Assembly (NCBI GenBank): GCA_001179505.1
Contig: CDMY01000770.1
Coordinates: 186,001-250,000, forward strand
Direction of reading: 5' to 3'
From: Vitrella brassicaformis CCMP3155
Taxonomy: Eukaryota; Protista; Chromerida
Length of the DNA stretch: 64,000 nt
The position numbers and the translations under genes were made by a program. The notes beneath the pieces are model-generated. The model made no database searches, had not been told where the DNA came from, and saw only the letters and a list, made by a program, of their open reading frames with translations. Numbering within the stretch: position 1 is the stretch's first letter; each line of letters begins with the position of its first letter. Below, in pieces: positions 51,347 through 63,673 of the stretch.

Positions 51347-51628
51347 GCCGGGGCGTGACGTTACCGAGAGAAAACGGAAGTCGCGCCCTCTCCTTCGCCG
51401 TTGGCGTACAAAATTTACGAAGTTGCCCTGGATCGCGGGGGAACGCATCTTCTCGCTATGGTCCCTCTCGTCAGATCTTGCTCAGCCAATGAATCAGGTT
51501 GACACACTGCGCGTTGAGTCTGTGAGTGCATTGGAGAACCACGGTCACCAATCTTTCTTTCGCGCTCTGCCGAGTGTCTGCCCTGATGGACCAGCCGCCG
51601 CCCATCGACTTCACCAATTACTTCACCA

Positions 51629-52133
51629 TCATCGGCGCTTCCCGCCGATTCGTGATGACTTCCTGGCCTTCATCGAGATGACCAAGTACAGTCTGTACTG
51701 TCGTGGGCGGCAGACATGTACCTCGACACCAACGAGGCGCCCCAGCAGGGCGTCGATGGTCCTGCTGCCTTCATGAGGCAGTGGCCAAGGCCCGCAACAA
51801 GATGGGTGGCCGGCCATTGGACATCTGACATAGGTGCGCACACGACACATAAGGGCAGGGGAAGCCATGCATTGCTGCCCACGTCTATTGCCTTTTCTCT
51901 TTCCCGTCTGTCTGCGTCGAGAGGCGTCGCGAGGTGGCTGTCGACCGACTGGAAGGGTGGTGGGTGGGGGGACGGGGGGTGGTGAATCGGCATTGGGGGG
52001 CGGCTGGCTGACTTGAATCGTCTGACGGACAGATGAATCAGTGCAAGGATGCATGGCGTGTATTCACTGTTTTTCACTGACGAGATGAGTGGCGGTCACA
52101 CCATCCAATCATTCCAGCCACGGCACACACAAC

Positions 52134-52168
<35 letters not shown>

Positions 52169-54402
52169 GGGTAGAGACAGACAGAGAGGGCAGAGGATAG
52201 TATGATACACCCAGAAACCCAGTCACCACCGTTCAGGGGTTATCAGCATTGCCGTGTCACCAAATGCACTTTGCGGCTTTTGTCATGCACACAGACAACC
52301 TGTTCCTCAAGTTTGGCGATCTTTGCCTTCAGTGCGGCATTTTCGTTTGCCAGCCTCTTGGCCTCCAGCTGTGGCCAGGAAGGGACAGCGCAGACACAGA
52401 CAGACTGAAGAAGTGAGATGAATCATAGGTCACATGCTGCCCCCGCCCTCTCTCTAGGTGTGTGTGCGTGTGTATGTGTGTGTGTGTGAGCATTTTGTCC
52501 TTCAAGCGCTAACTTGTGTGGACAGGCTTGTGTGGACATACTGACGTGTGAATGCAGGTGCGTTCGGCATCAACATCATCGAGTAGCTGTGAGTATCTTC
52601 TCGACCGACTGATTCATTCAGACCTGACTGACCCATCGATGACCGATACAAACGGAACATTAATATTGCGTGGCTGCTGTCTGTCTGTCTGGCTGGCTGT
52701 CTGTCTGTATAGTGAGTGCATGTGTGCGTTAATGGCTATATACGTCTAGTACATGTGGTGTGATGAATGGGTGTGGGCGTACGTACATGTTTGTCTGCGG
52801 GACGAGTGAGTGTATCATACGCTCGATGGATAGATAAACTGACTGACTGTGATCGCTCGTTCAAGGTGCTTGCCAAAACCACACGAATGAAACCGTTACA
52901 CAAAGAGCCGGTGCAACGTCGTGATGCAACAAGAGTCTCCGGGCAAAGCACGTGTGGTCACACGAGCACTCAAGCAAGGGAGACGGATACCAGAAACACA
53001 AACTAAGGCAGACATCGACAAGCCTGTCAACCTCTTTGTTTGCCGAAGAGACTTCACGATATAAAATGCAAGCAGCGATAATGAATAGTCTCTCTGCCCG
53101 TTGATCGATAGCTTGGCGAAAGGGCAAAACAGCCGAGAGGCCAGACAGACAGACAGACAGTCAGACAGTCAGACAGCCAAACAGCCTAGCCCCACATCCA
53201 TGATATCCGATCCAAAAAACATAATGCAGGAAGGATGGTGGCATAGGCAAGATGGCATGGTGGCATAGGTGGCATAGGCAAGAGGTCGTGTATGGTATGC
53301 ATGTGTTGCGGTGTGCCTATGTGTGTATGTGTGTTGCTCCTGCTGGGCTGTCTGCGTAAGGTTTGAGTATGCCTCGTCAATATCTACGTCTATAGTACCT
53401 CCTGGATACACACCTGACATACACGTACGCCCCGCCCCACACACAGACAGAGTGTGTCATGTGTGTTGTGGAACAAGAGATATGTAGCGCTCACCGTGAG
53501 CTCTTGGGTCCCCGCGGCGGCCTTCTGGAGTGTGTCAGCCGCGATTGTCAGCAGATTCTTGATGCTGAATATGTTGGCCCATACGGCGCACACCTGCACC
53601 ACACACCCACATAGACACACACACGCGGTCGCACGTGTCTGCCATCCATCCATCCATCCATCCGTGTGTCTGTGTGTGGGTGCTCACCCACCTGATTGTC
53701 AGTATCGATTGTTAAACTCCTTGGCCTTCTCGGTCACCGGCCCCTCCACCTCTTTGATCTTGGTGATGAGTCTATATACACGCTGGACCTGGCATCCCCC
53801 CCCCCCCCCCNNNNNNNNNNNNNNNNNNNNNNNNNNNNNNNNNNNNNNNNNNNNNNNNNNNNNNNNNNNNNNNNNNNNNNNNNNNNNNNNNNNNNNNNNN
53901 NNNNNNNNNNNNNNNNNNNNNNNNNNNNNNNNNNNNNNNNNNNNNNNNNNNNNNNNNNNNNNNNNNNNNNNNNNNNNNNNNNNNNNNNNNNNNNNNNNNN
54001 NNNNNNNNNNNNNNNNNNNNNNNNNNNNNNNNNNNNNNNNNNNNNNNNNNNNNNNNNNNNNNNNNNNNNNNNNNNNNNNNNNNNNNNNNNNNNNNNNNNN
54101 NNNNNNNNNNCCCCCCCCCCCCCCACACACACACAACATGGCCGGCGTCGTCTGTCTCTCTCTCTCTCTGTGGGTGTGTCTGTGGGTGTGACTGTCTGCG
54201 TGCGGTGCTCTGATCTGCGTTTACCATCTTGGCGACCATGCGGACGGCCGTTGTGCTGCTGCACGTGGCCGGGTTGCTCGATCTCACCGCCGCGGCGCAT
54301 GAGTTCAGGGTTCGCACGGTTGGCTGCGTGGTTGTTGTACTCGATCCTCGCCGGGTGCGCACGAATCTCCTGCTGGACTGGCAGGAGAGAGAGACAGACA
54401 CA

Positions 54403-54438
<36 letters not shown>

Positions 54439-56770
54439 CACACAGACACAGATACAGACACAGACACAGATACAGATACAGACACAGACACAGACACATG
54501 TATGCTTCTTTCCAACCTGACGCACTGACTGCTTTGCTTACTGTGGATCTGACGCGGAATGATGAACGCCGACGGTTTCATGCCCATCATCTTCTTGTGG
54601 TGCAATCCGCCGAGGGATGGCTGTGCGACCCAGGCGCCCGCATGGCACACGAGCTGCAGTAGCGCGAAGACACGACCAAAGGGCAGGCAGATTTGCGCCA
54701 GTTCGGGTGCCCTCCAAGCGTTCTAGCCCACAGTACATATCTCGGAAAAACCAGGTGATGTGTGTCACGCGTGTGATGTGTGTGACGTGTGATGTGGATT
54801 CTGTGTAGTGAGGGGCATCTCCGTGTGTGTTCCTATACGTCTCCCCCCAGGTGTTGAGCATATCCGTGATGCATTCCTGACACACACACACATGCAGACA
54901 GACAGACAGACGGACGGACGGACGGACAGAGAGAGAGAGAGAGAGAGATGCATGGCCGCTGTCGACCCAACTCCTGGCTGTGTGTGATGTTGTGTGACAG
55001 CTGATGCTCACCTTGAGCTCCTCGGCTCCTTTGCTGGCCTGCTCTGCAGTCGTGTTTGTGGCGGCGAGTATTTTCTTCATGACGCCCAAGTTGGATACGA
55101 CGGAACAAAGCTGCACCACACAAACACACATACACACACACAAACACACATACACAGACACATACACAGACACATACACAGACACAAATGCACCAATAGC
55201 CATCCACACGCCCGCGAGTGTCGGCCGGCCGTATGTGTGTGTGAGGGGTGGGTGACTGGGTGGGTGAGTGCTCACCGGCTCCGTGAGCAGTGCAGTGGTG
55301 GCGCCACCGCGTTCCTTGACCTCGTTCTCGGCCATCTGCTGGGCTGTCTGCATCAGATCCTCCACCTCGGCAGCAAACCTGTACGTACACACATGGCCAT
55401 ATGGCGACAGCGGCAGAGCAGACACGTGTGTGTGTTGTGTGTTCCGTTCTCCTAGCTGTGGGGTGGCTGCTCACTCACTCACTTAGGCATCTCAGTGGTG
55501 ACCTACAGGCAGCACACGCACACAAACACAGAGAGAGGATGGCGCCGTCCACAAGTGCATATGGGTAGGTTGCGTGTGTGTGTGTGGTGGGCGTTGGGTT
55601 CGTTACTCACCCTCTGGCACACCCTCGAGTAGTCCTTGAGCGCATCCACGGCCGCCTTGACGTGGCGGTCGTCGTTGAGCGCATCGACGGCGGCCTCGAC
55701 GTGCCCATCGACGCCCTTCGACATCACACCACGTTCTCGTCTGCACATACATGCGTCAACACACACAGCTCACACATGACGTCTGCGGCCCGCCCCTCAA
55801 GGCTCATTGAACACCTATCAAGTCGATGGTGATGCTCTTGTTCTTCGCCGCAACTGCACACACGAAACACACACACACACACATGTGAGTTGCTGTGGGT
55901 GTCATGGTGTGCGCGTCATGGTATGTGTGTGTGTCACGGTGCCGGTCACTTACGCCTTCGGTGAGTACGGGAGCCGCTTGAGCCAGCAAGGCGCATGAGG
56001 CCTCCTGCAACATACACACACACACACACACACATATTTGTGTGTCCGTCGGTGTGCGCGTCATTGTGGTCTGTCTGTGCTGTGTACCACGACTGTGCAA
56101 CCGACTGCGAACCTGAGGACCACACAGTCAGTCCATAGAGAGAAGGAGGGTCATTCGTGGACTTGAGGCGATGCATGGATGGATGGATACGGCCTATCTC
56201 GAGCTCACCCGTCTGTAGCTGATTGCCGAAGAGACTTCACAATATAATATGCACGCAGCGATAACAAACCGCCCCCGAAAAACACCCTTGGCTGCAGCCG
56301 TTCGGCCGCCTCCTGCAATGCGGACACACAGACCGACAGGAACGGACGGAATCGGTCGGGGACGCCGCTCGGAGGACACCTGCAGGTGCTCTGCACTCAC
56401 TGACCTTGGCGAGGCGCTGGTCCCTCTCGGCGCGCCGCCGCGAGTTGCTCCCTTACGCAGCTCTTGTGTGCGGGAATGATGGAGGGGTGCTGTGCCACCG
56501 TCAGGTTGTTCTTGAACGCCGCCTCACTGTAGTCGGGCATCATGGCCTGGAGCTTCGCCGTCCCGCCATTGCCGAATACGGCTTCTCGCTCGGCGGCATT
56601 CTGCCGCTGAATCGTGAGCTGCAGCTGGTTAGTCGCCTGCTGTTTGGCTTTCTTGGTCTTGCCGCCCTTGCAGTAGGGCTGGCTGCGGCCTGAGGCGGGT
56701 TGACGTCAATGATATCATCGAGGAGCTCCTGGAGGTCGTGTCGGCCCTTCAATCTTCTTGGCAGGCATTG
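51629..56770 (-). pseudogene. Multi-exon, internally duplicated alpha-helical gene(s) of unknown family, partly degenerate
   Basis: Spliceable helical exons (QATNQLQLTIQRQNAAERE, FVIAACILYCEVSSA, RFAAEVEDLMQTAQQMAE, LCSVVSNLGVMKKILAAT, VQRVYRLITKIKEV, VCAVWANIFSIKNLLTIAA) with duplicated exons and frame breaks (e.g. near 56680 and 53710). A gap interrupts it, so gene boundaries are uncertain. Confidence 0.45.
53811..54110. other. Assembly gap (300 N) flanked on both sides by poly-C
   Basis: A C run ends at 53810 and another resumes at 54111. Confidence 0.95.
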
Positions 56771-57190
56771 GGAATTCGAACGACAGTTGAAAGCACATTT
56801 TTCGTCCCGTCTCGGCCGTCGAGAATTCTCGTCTCCTCGCGAGGACTATCACGGTCTACATATATAGTGCGCCTGTGCCACTGCTCTGTTTTACGCATGG
56901 TGCACTGCACCTCACGAAGACGCAGGACCGAAATCACACAGTCTGTACGCAACGCTGTTTACACAAGGTGGCTGGGCGCCCAGTCATGACATAAGAAATA
57001 GTCTGCGGCAGTGCCCTTTCGTCCAGACAACGCATGGCAGATGAGAAAAAGCCGTCTATACGAAAACTCAGGCAGGGCTGCATCAATCACTCAAGCCATC
57101 CATATCCACACACGCAGCACAATGCAGTCTCCGCCCCCTCCCTGTCCATCCATATACGCTTCAGCCAGCCAGGTACGCATGACCCCTGTG

Positions 57191-59752
57191 TCAATCGATC
57201 TCCATGTCCACCACGAGAACGGTCCGGGTGAGGTCCACTGGGGGCCTCGTTGGGTCGAAGTCCACAGCCGTGAACCGCAGATGCCGACCCAACATGGCCT
57301 GGGGACGACGCAACACGTCAGCGAGGGGCACTTCCACCTTGCCTGTGACAGACAGACAGACAGACAGACATGAGATTCTCACGTCTGTCATGTGGTGCCG
57401 CCTTGCTGACCGATTGGTTGGTGTGCTCGCAGCATCTCATAGTCCATCAGAGTGAAGCGGAGCACGAGATCCTTCACGTCGGCTGCCCCAACACGACGCA
57501 GACGCGCCTGATTAATTGATGGATGGATGGACAGCACAAGGCACACATGACACATGCAGTGTGTGGGGCCGTGCGGCGTCGTGTGTGTCATCCGTACGGC
57601 TTTAACGGGCAGCACGAGCTCCTCCTCCCATCTTGGCTGCAGTGTGTTGTACCGCACTGTCGTCTTGGCCACACAGCCCTGACGAGACGACACACGTGCG
57701 GACGCACAGTAAGCCGGCCGTTCGTTTGTGCCATTCACCGATCCATCTCACATCCATTGTCGTTGCCTCGTCCTCCTCCTGTTTGCCCCGATAGCCACCA
57801 TGAAGTGAAGGCGCCTTGCCAGGCTGATTGATGAGGGAATATACATCACACACGCACACCTACATGTCCACCCACACACACTTTCCTGCTCGCTCACCCC
57901 CACGACGCGAATCTCCACGTAAGGGTCACTTTTGCCTAGCCAGTCAGTCTTGGGCAGATGCATCGCCTCGACAATTCGCACTCGGACTGTCACGTCATCG
58001 CTCACACGCTGCGCGGCCGTCGGTGCAGACGACGACGTCTCTTTTCCTGTGGGCTTGGCGGGCTCGGCAGCGGGAGGGCTGGATGGAGTGGATGGGGGGA
58101 GCCCGACGGGCTCAGCTGGCCTCTCGTGGAGATCGGGAGACAAGGTCGTCTGCGGCGACGCCCGAGAGGCAGCTTCCTCCTGTCCAACACAGCACCACCA
58201 CACACAAGCGGAGACAGATGCATTTGTCCCTTTGCACCGGAAGGTGTGTGTGCTGACTGACCGGTTGCTGTGACGCTGGCGACAGAGTGGGTGGCGTCGT
58301 CTCGCCTCGTGCCTTGAGCTTGGCGCACACTGGCCACTGGGAGGGACTCTTGGGACGGCAATAGGCCAGAGGTAAGGCGTTCTCACATGAAACCGGGGAA
58401 CCAGCAGCCTGGATGGACACACACAGACGCATCGGACGCAATGTGTACTGCTCTGGCTATGTGTGTGTTGCCTTCCTCACCCCTCCACACTTGATGCGAT
58501 GGAAGTGGTGCGCCTCTTCGGTTTCATAATCGCCGCCACCGATGGCCTCAACCTTCCCGCCCACATCTGCGTTGACAGGCATCCCCACCGGGAGCTCCTG
58601 CACGCTGCTCTCATCCGCCGACACCTCAGGGTCTTCACACGCGCAAAACAGCGACCAAAAGGCCCCATACAGCCCGCCAGCTTTGCCCTGCTTGGTCTCC
58701 CTTGTCTGAGGCAGTCGGGGCAAACGCGCCACCCGCTCAGGACCAAAGCGATCGATCAGCTTCTGTTCGTTCTTCTCCCTTTCTGACGGCATTAGAGCGT
58801 CCGGCGAGAAGGAGACCTTGACGTGCAGCCGAGAGTCGCTGATGTAGAGAGGCGGCCGCCTCTTGCCCTCCTGCACATAAGCGTAGCCGTCATGGTCATA
58901 GCTGCCGCTGTCCGGCGGGGGCCGGAGGGACAGTGCCTCGGGAAGGCTCCCCCCATGCTGATAGAAAGGGTCCATGACTATTTTCAGGGGCAGCCACACC
59001 TCGCCCACAGGGCATGCGGCCGCGTTCGGGTCGTAATGCATGACTCTGAAGTGGATGAAGAGTGACGTTGGGTGGACGGGGAGGTCGGCCAAATGAAAGA
59101 AGAGGTGCTCGTGCCACTGCGGGTTGATGGTGGAGGGCCTGTAGTCTGTCCTCCTGGTGCTGTTGGTGACTGTTTGGCGGGCCAGGTTGAACGCCGGATG
59201 GTCTGGCCGAGGCGGTACTTGCACTAAGCGCACCTGAAATGGCATGGCACAACATCGGAAATCACCTCATTGATTCTGTATTGGGTTGTGTGTGCGGTTG
59301 GTTGGTTGGTCTGCCTGACGTACCTCTACATAAGGATTGCATGTGCCGTCCCACTCCATGACGGGCAGCCGGATGCCCCGCTCGACCACCACGCCCAACA
59401 CACCCTCCCCCACCCACTTGCCGGTCACCTCACCCACAGCATAGCCCTCCAGCCGCCCCTCAGCTGCCATCCTGACCTGCCACTCCTTGACCCGCGCCCT
59501 CAGCTCATGCCTCATCGCCTGCAGCTGCACCAGTTCCTCGTCGAGCCGCTTGCGCAGGACAGTTGCCTTCAGAGACCTGGTGTCGTTTGTCAGCTGCCGA
59601 ATGCGGTCATCCAGGGCTGCCAACTGATCAGGGGCGCTGTCGTAGCCGCTCGCTGTGCTGGGGGGGGCACCCCAGTGATGTGAGTAGGCCCATGGCAGTG
59701 CAAGGCTGTGGTCTGCGGGGAGCCGACTATATTGCAAGGCCTGGCCGTGCAT
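57191..59752 (-). CDS. Protein with N-terminal coiled coil and two C2 domains
   Basis: C2-1: VLGVVVERGIRLPVMEWDGTCNPYVE|VRL..TINPQWHEHLFF..IHFRVMHYD..VGEVWLPL. C2-2: VRVRIVEAMHLPKTDWLGKSDPYVEI..KTTVRYNTLQPRWEEELVL..LRFTLMDYE..I|GKVEVPL. Stop at 57191. Confidence 0.9.
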
Positions 59753-59852
59753 CTTCTTTCGCCAAACAAACAGTTTCGATTTCCCGACGGTCTCGTGGCG
59801 TAGTGTCGTGCCTGTCGTGCCTGTCTGCTTCCCTGCTGTTTCCTCTTTCTCT

Positions 59853-59878
59853 AAGCTCGCGAATTCGCTGAGCTCGCA
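59853..59878 (+). promoter_or_regulatory. Two motif copies (AAGCTCGCG, GAGCTCGCA) between divergent starts 59752/59894
   Basis: ctaagctcgcgaattcgctgagctcgcagg. Confidence 0.5.
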
Positions 59879-59893
59879 GGTGGAAGGGAGAGG

Positions 59894-61493
59894 ATGGCAA
59901 GAGCGCGTCACATCAGGCCTGCTTGGTTGCCGCACATCGCCTCGACATTGCCGCGCTGCAGTCTGCCGAATCGACGCTTCTCGAGCGCTGCAGCGGCATC
60001 CGTCAGACAGACGGCGTCGGCTACGCCACCTGCGAATCTGCGATTTGCCGTTGGCGGCGACCATGTGAAGATATTTCCAGCTGGCGCTGAAGATTCGTCC
60101 GTATCACTCTCCCACGAGCAACTGCGGGAAAACTGTCGATGCTCTGAGTGCTACATCGGCCTGGCGCATCAGAGAAAGGGCGTGGAGATCGGCCAAGGCG
60201 TCAAGGTCGAGTCCATCCGTCCCCTGCCGGCCGTGCCCGGGACTGGTCATGAGGTGTGGGTGGAGCTGACATTCTCAGACGGTAAGGAAGGAACATAAAA
60301 GAGACCACACGCACACGGATGGATAAGCAGGCTGATGCGCGTACGTCGATTGCTGCAGGTCACCATGGCATCCTTCCCATCGACCTGACCCCGCCCTTGC
60401 TGCCCACAAGAATCGCAAAGACCCTCTGGCAACACACCCCACAGGCAGCAGACCCCATCGACTACACGACCACTCTGCATGACGACGCCCACCTGCTCGC
60501 CCTCTATGAGCAGCTGGAGAGGAACGGCCTCGTGAGGGTCTTCAACGCGCCCAGGACAGCGGGGGCGGTCAAGACTCTGGCTGAGCGTCTTGGCGGCATG
60601 GTCCGGCCCACAGTGTATGGCGAGACCTTTCACGTGACGGCCAACCGTGCACCAGACAACCAGGCTTACACAAGTCTAGCGCTGCCGCCGCACACCGACC
60701 TGCCCTACCTTGACTCGCCGCCGGGTGTGTTCCTCTTCCACTGCCGCAGCCCTGCTCAGCAGGTGATCACACTGCACAGACCACTCATGCATCGCTGTCC
60801 GTGTGTCGACGTCGTGTGTATCTGCGTGCATGTGCACAGGGCGGTGGTCTGTCGACCTACGTTGATGGCTTCTATGTGGCGGAGAAGATGCGCCGAGAAC
60901 ACCCGGAGGAGTTCGAGACCCTCACGCAAGTCAAGGTAGGCGTGCCCGACCACTGCGCTGCAGCGATTGGCGAGCACATACACTACAACTCTGTGTGCTG
61001 TTCAGGTGCCCTTCCGTGACGTGCCCGAGCACCACGAATGGGACCTCATGGCAGGTACCAATCAGCCGAGAGGGCGACAGCACCTCATCCATGAGCGGCG
61101 CCCTTCATTGATTGTCTACCTGCTGTCCTTTCAGAGCACAGCACCATTGCCGTGGAGCACCGCATCATCAAGAGGATCACTTTCAACGAGGCCGCCAGAT
61201 ACTCACTCCTGGCCTGGGCCGTCACCACGCCACAGATGGACGCCTTCTACTCGGCCATTCGGACCTTCAGGCGGCTCGTGAGTGACCCTTCACACACGCA
61301 CCACATCGCCATGGGTGCGGGGGAGATCACCGTGTTCGACAACCACAGAGTGCTGCATGGGCGGACGGCATTCACTGGGGGAGGGCGGGAGATGGAGGGC
61401 GGGTATTTGGAGTGGAGCAACGTCAGGGGGTTCATGCGACGGATCATGAGGCGCCACATGGATGGAACAGCTGGTGGGTACATGCACACGTAG
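59894..61493 (+). CDS. Gamma-butyrobetaine/trimethyllysine dioxygenase family (TauD-like Fe(II)/2-oxoglutarate dioxygenase) with mitochondrial-type transit peptide
   Basis: N-terminal LRENCRCSECY plus DGHHG (Zn-binding GBBH N-domain pattern). Catalytic motifs: AYTSLALPPHTDLPYLDSPPGVFLFHC, STYVDGFYVAE, RITFNE, ITVFDNHRVLHGRTAF. Arg/Ser/Ala-rich leader with RRFSS. Five exons join in frame. Confidence 0.92.
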
Positions 61494-62466
61494 ACCACTG
61501 CACACCAGGACTGGGGAGGGGCATGGCATGGCGAGGGTGATACTGCATGCTGGGGCACTGATTGGCACGCCGACAGACATCTCATCGCTTTTTGGATGCA
61601 CGGATGTCAGCCGTGTTGGGGGTGGAACCACTGCATGTCTGTGCGTGAGGGGTGTGCGTGTACAAAGAAAGATCGATCGGCTGGCCGGCTCGGAGGAGCG
61701 ACGACACGATCGCTCTCTCCCCTGCCTGCACAGCCGATGTACATTCCATGTCTGGCCCCTGTCACTGCTGCGGGACGTGGACGAAATATTCATGAGAATG
61801 TTGTTTGTTTGAACCATGTGTGTGAGTTGAATTGCGTGTGGTGGGGTACGGAGGGCACAGTGGTGTTTGTTCACACGGATATATGATGGACTATGGCGAA
61901 GGGCTCGAGTGAACGAAAGCACCAGTGACTTTAATCGATCTATCCGCTGACGTCCGTGTCTCATCGTCATCTCACAAAGGCATACACGAACAATCATTTC
62001 ACCACTCTACGCTCTCTAGTAAAAAAGCACAGACAGCAGAGGATGTACCCACACGCACAGAGACTCACATCCCCGCCCACGCAGGCATCAAGACGCCACG
62101 CCACGTGAAAGCAGTAAACGTAACTAGGTCTGACTGCACAACACAAGAAACGAATCGACAAAGGCACTCCAATGGCTGCATAAACACGGCACAGGGAGAG
62201 CACCCATCCCTCAAAGCATGCATCAGACAGCATTTGCCCTCAATGCACTGCGCACACGCATCACCAGGCACCACGTACGTCGCATGTGTCCCATCAACAC
62301 CGTCAAGAAGGCCTGCGACACCAAAGGAGAGATGGTTGCTGGCATCCCTCTGTTGGCCGTCGCGAATCGTCATGACGAAGTGGAAGAGAAAAGATGCGAC
62401 TCAGGTCAAAACACAGTCGATGCACCCCTCCCCCCATTTCCCGCCTCAGCAGCTGACCAGATAAAA

Positions 62467-63561
62467 TCACTGGATGGATTCGTGCCTCTTGGCCTTCGGC
62501 GTCTTGACGCCCTCTTGCTTCAGGTAGCGCTGCACCACTATGTCCTTGCCGCCATTCTTCGGACGCAGCCTGTAGACAACCATACACACAAACCACAACA
62601 CACAAGACAACACAGCCATGTGCACACGCATCGCACCCACTCAGCTGTCGTTCGTTCCTCGCCAGATTGACTGACTGACCTGTATTCGATGTGGAGCATG
62701 TTGCCGTAGGTCTTGTCGGCGATTATGCGCCTGGTCTCGATCATGCTGCCCAGCTTGTCGTGCTCGCGCACATTCTGGAGGGCCATGTGTGGTCGTTCAG
62801 AGCCGTCGATGGGGTAGGGGCCCGCCTGGCATTTGGCGGTCCATACGCCGCAGTCGGGGTCATCGCAGGGGAAGGTCTCGCCGTCGAGGCGCCACACCAT
62901 GAGCCGCTCGCTGACCACCGGCAGGTGGGCGATGATGTGCAGGAAGCGGGCGTCGTCCTTCTTGAAGTCGATCGAGATGGGGAACACCGCGCTGTTCATG
63001 ACCTTGCGCTTCATCCACGCTATCCCCAGCGCCTTGAATAGCTCCTCGAACGGGTCCGATCGCTTGATGACCACCACCCAGCGGCCCACCAGCGCCTGAG
63101 CCAGACGCTGCAGAGTGGCCAGGTCGGTGACGGGCGGGGTGCGGGGGTCCACGACGGATGCCACGGGTGAGGAGGTGGGGGAGGCGGACGTGACGGAGGC
63201 GCCCTGGGTCGTGCTCGAGGCCGTCTGGGCGGGCGAGAGAGCTGCACGAACGCAACACAGGGTGGTGAGGTGACCGGTGTCATCGGCCTTCTCTCTCCTC
63301 ACCATCGTTGGAGATGGTGCGATGGAGGCGATTGATGGGGGAGGTAGCACGGACGACCACACCGCCGCCTGAAAGACGCACACGGAACAAGCCCTGTGTC
63401 GGTGTGTGCCAGTATGTGGTGCCGACATGTAATCTCTCTCACTCACCCTCGTTGCTGTTTTGTCGGAGCTCTTCCAGCGTCCGCGAGAGCTCCTTCCTGA
63501 GCTCGGGCACATCCTTGGCCACCTCCTCGAGCAGGCAGACCGGAATATCACACGGTGCCAT
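62467..63561 (-). CDS. Protein with N-terminal helical/Ser-Thr-rich region and C-terminal FABP/calycin-like domain, 4 exons
   Basis: Spliced: MAPCDIPVCLLEEVAKD..|GGGVVVRATSP..|ALSPAQ..LVGRWVVVIKRSDPFEELFKALGIAWMKRKVMN..ETRRIIADKTYGNMLHIEY|RLRPKNGGKDIVVQRYLKQ..*. This matches the iLBP G-x-W..F-E-E-x-x-K-A-L-G..RK N-terminal signature and the terminal strands. Confidence 0.7.
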
Positions 63562-63673
63562 CTCTGTAAACGTTGGGAGATATCAAGACCGATGCGAAAC
63601 GATGAAAAAAGGCAGTAGAGAACTGTTTGGCCTTCCCCGTCGTTTGCTTGTGTTGAAGACACAGACGCCGATG

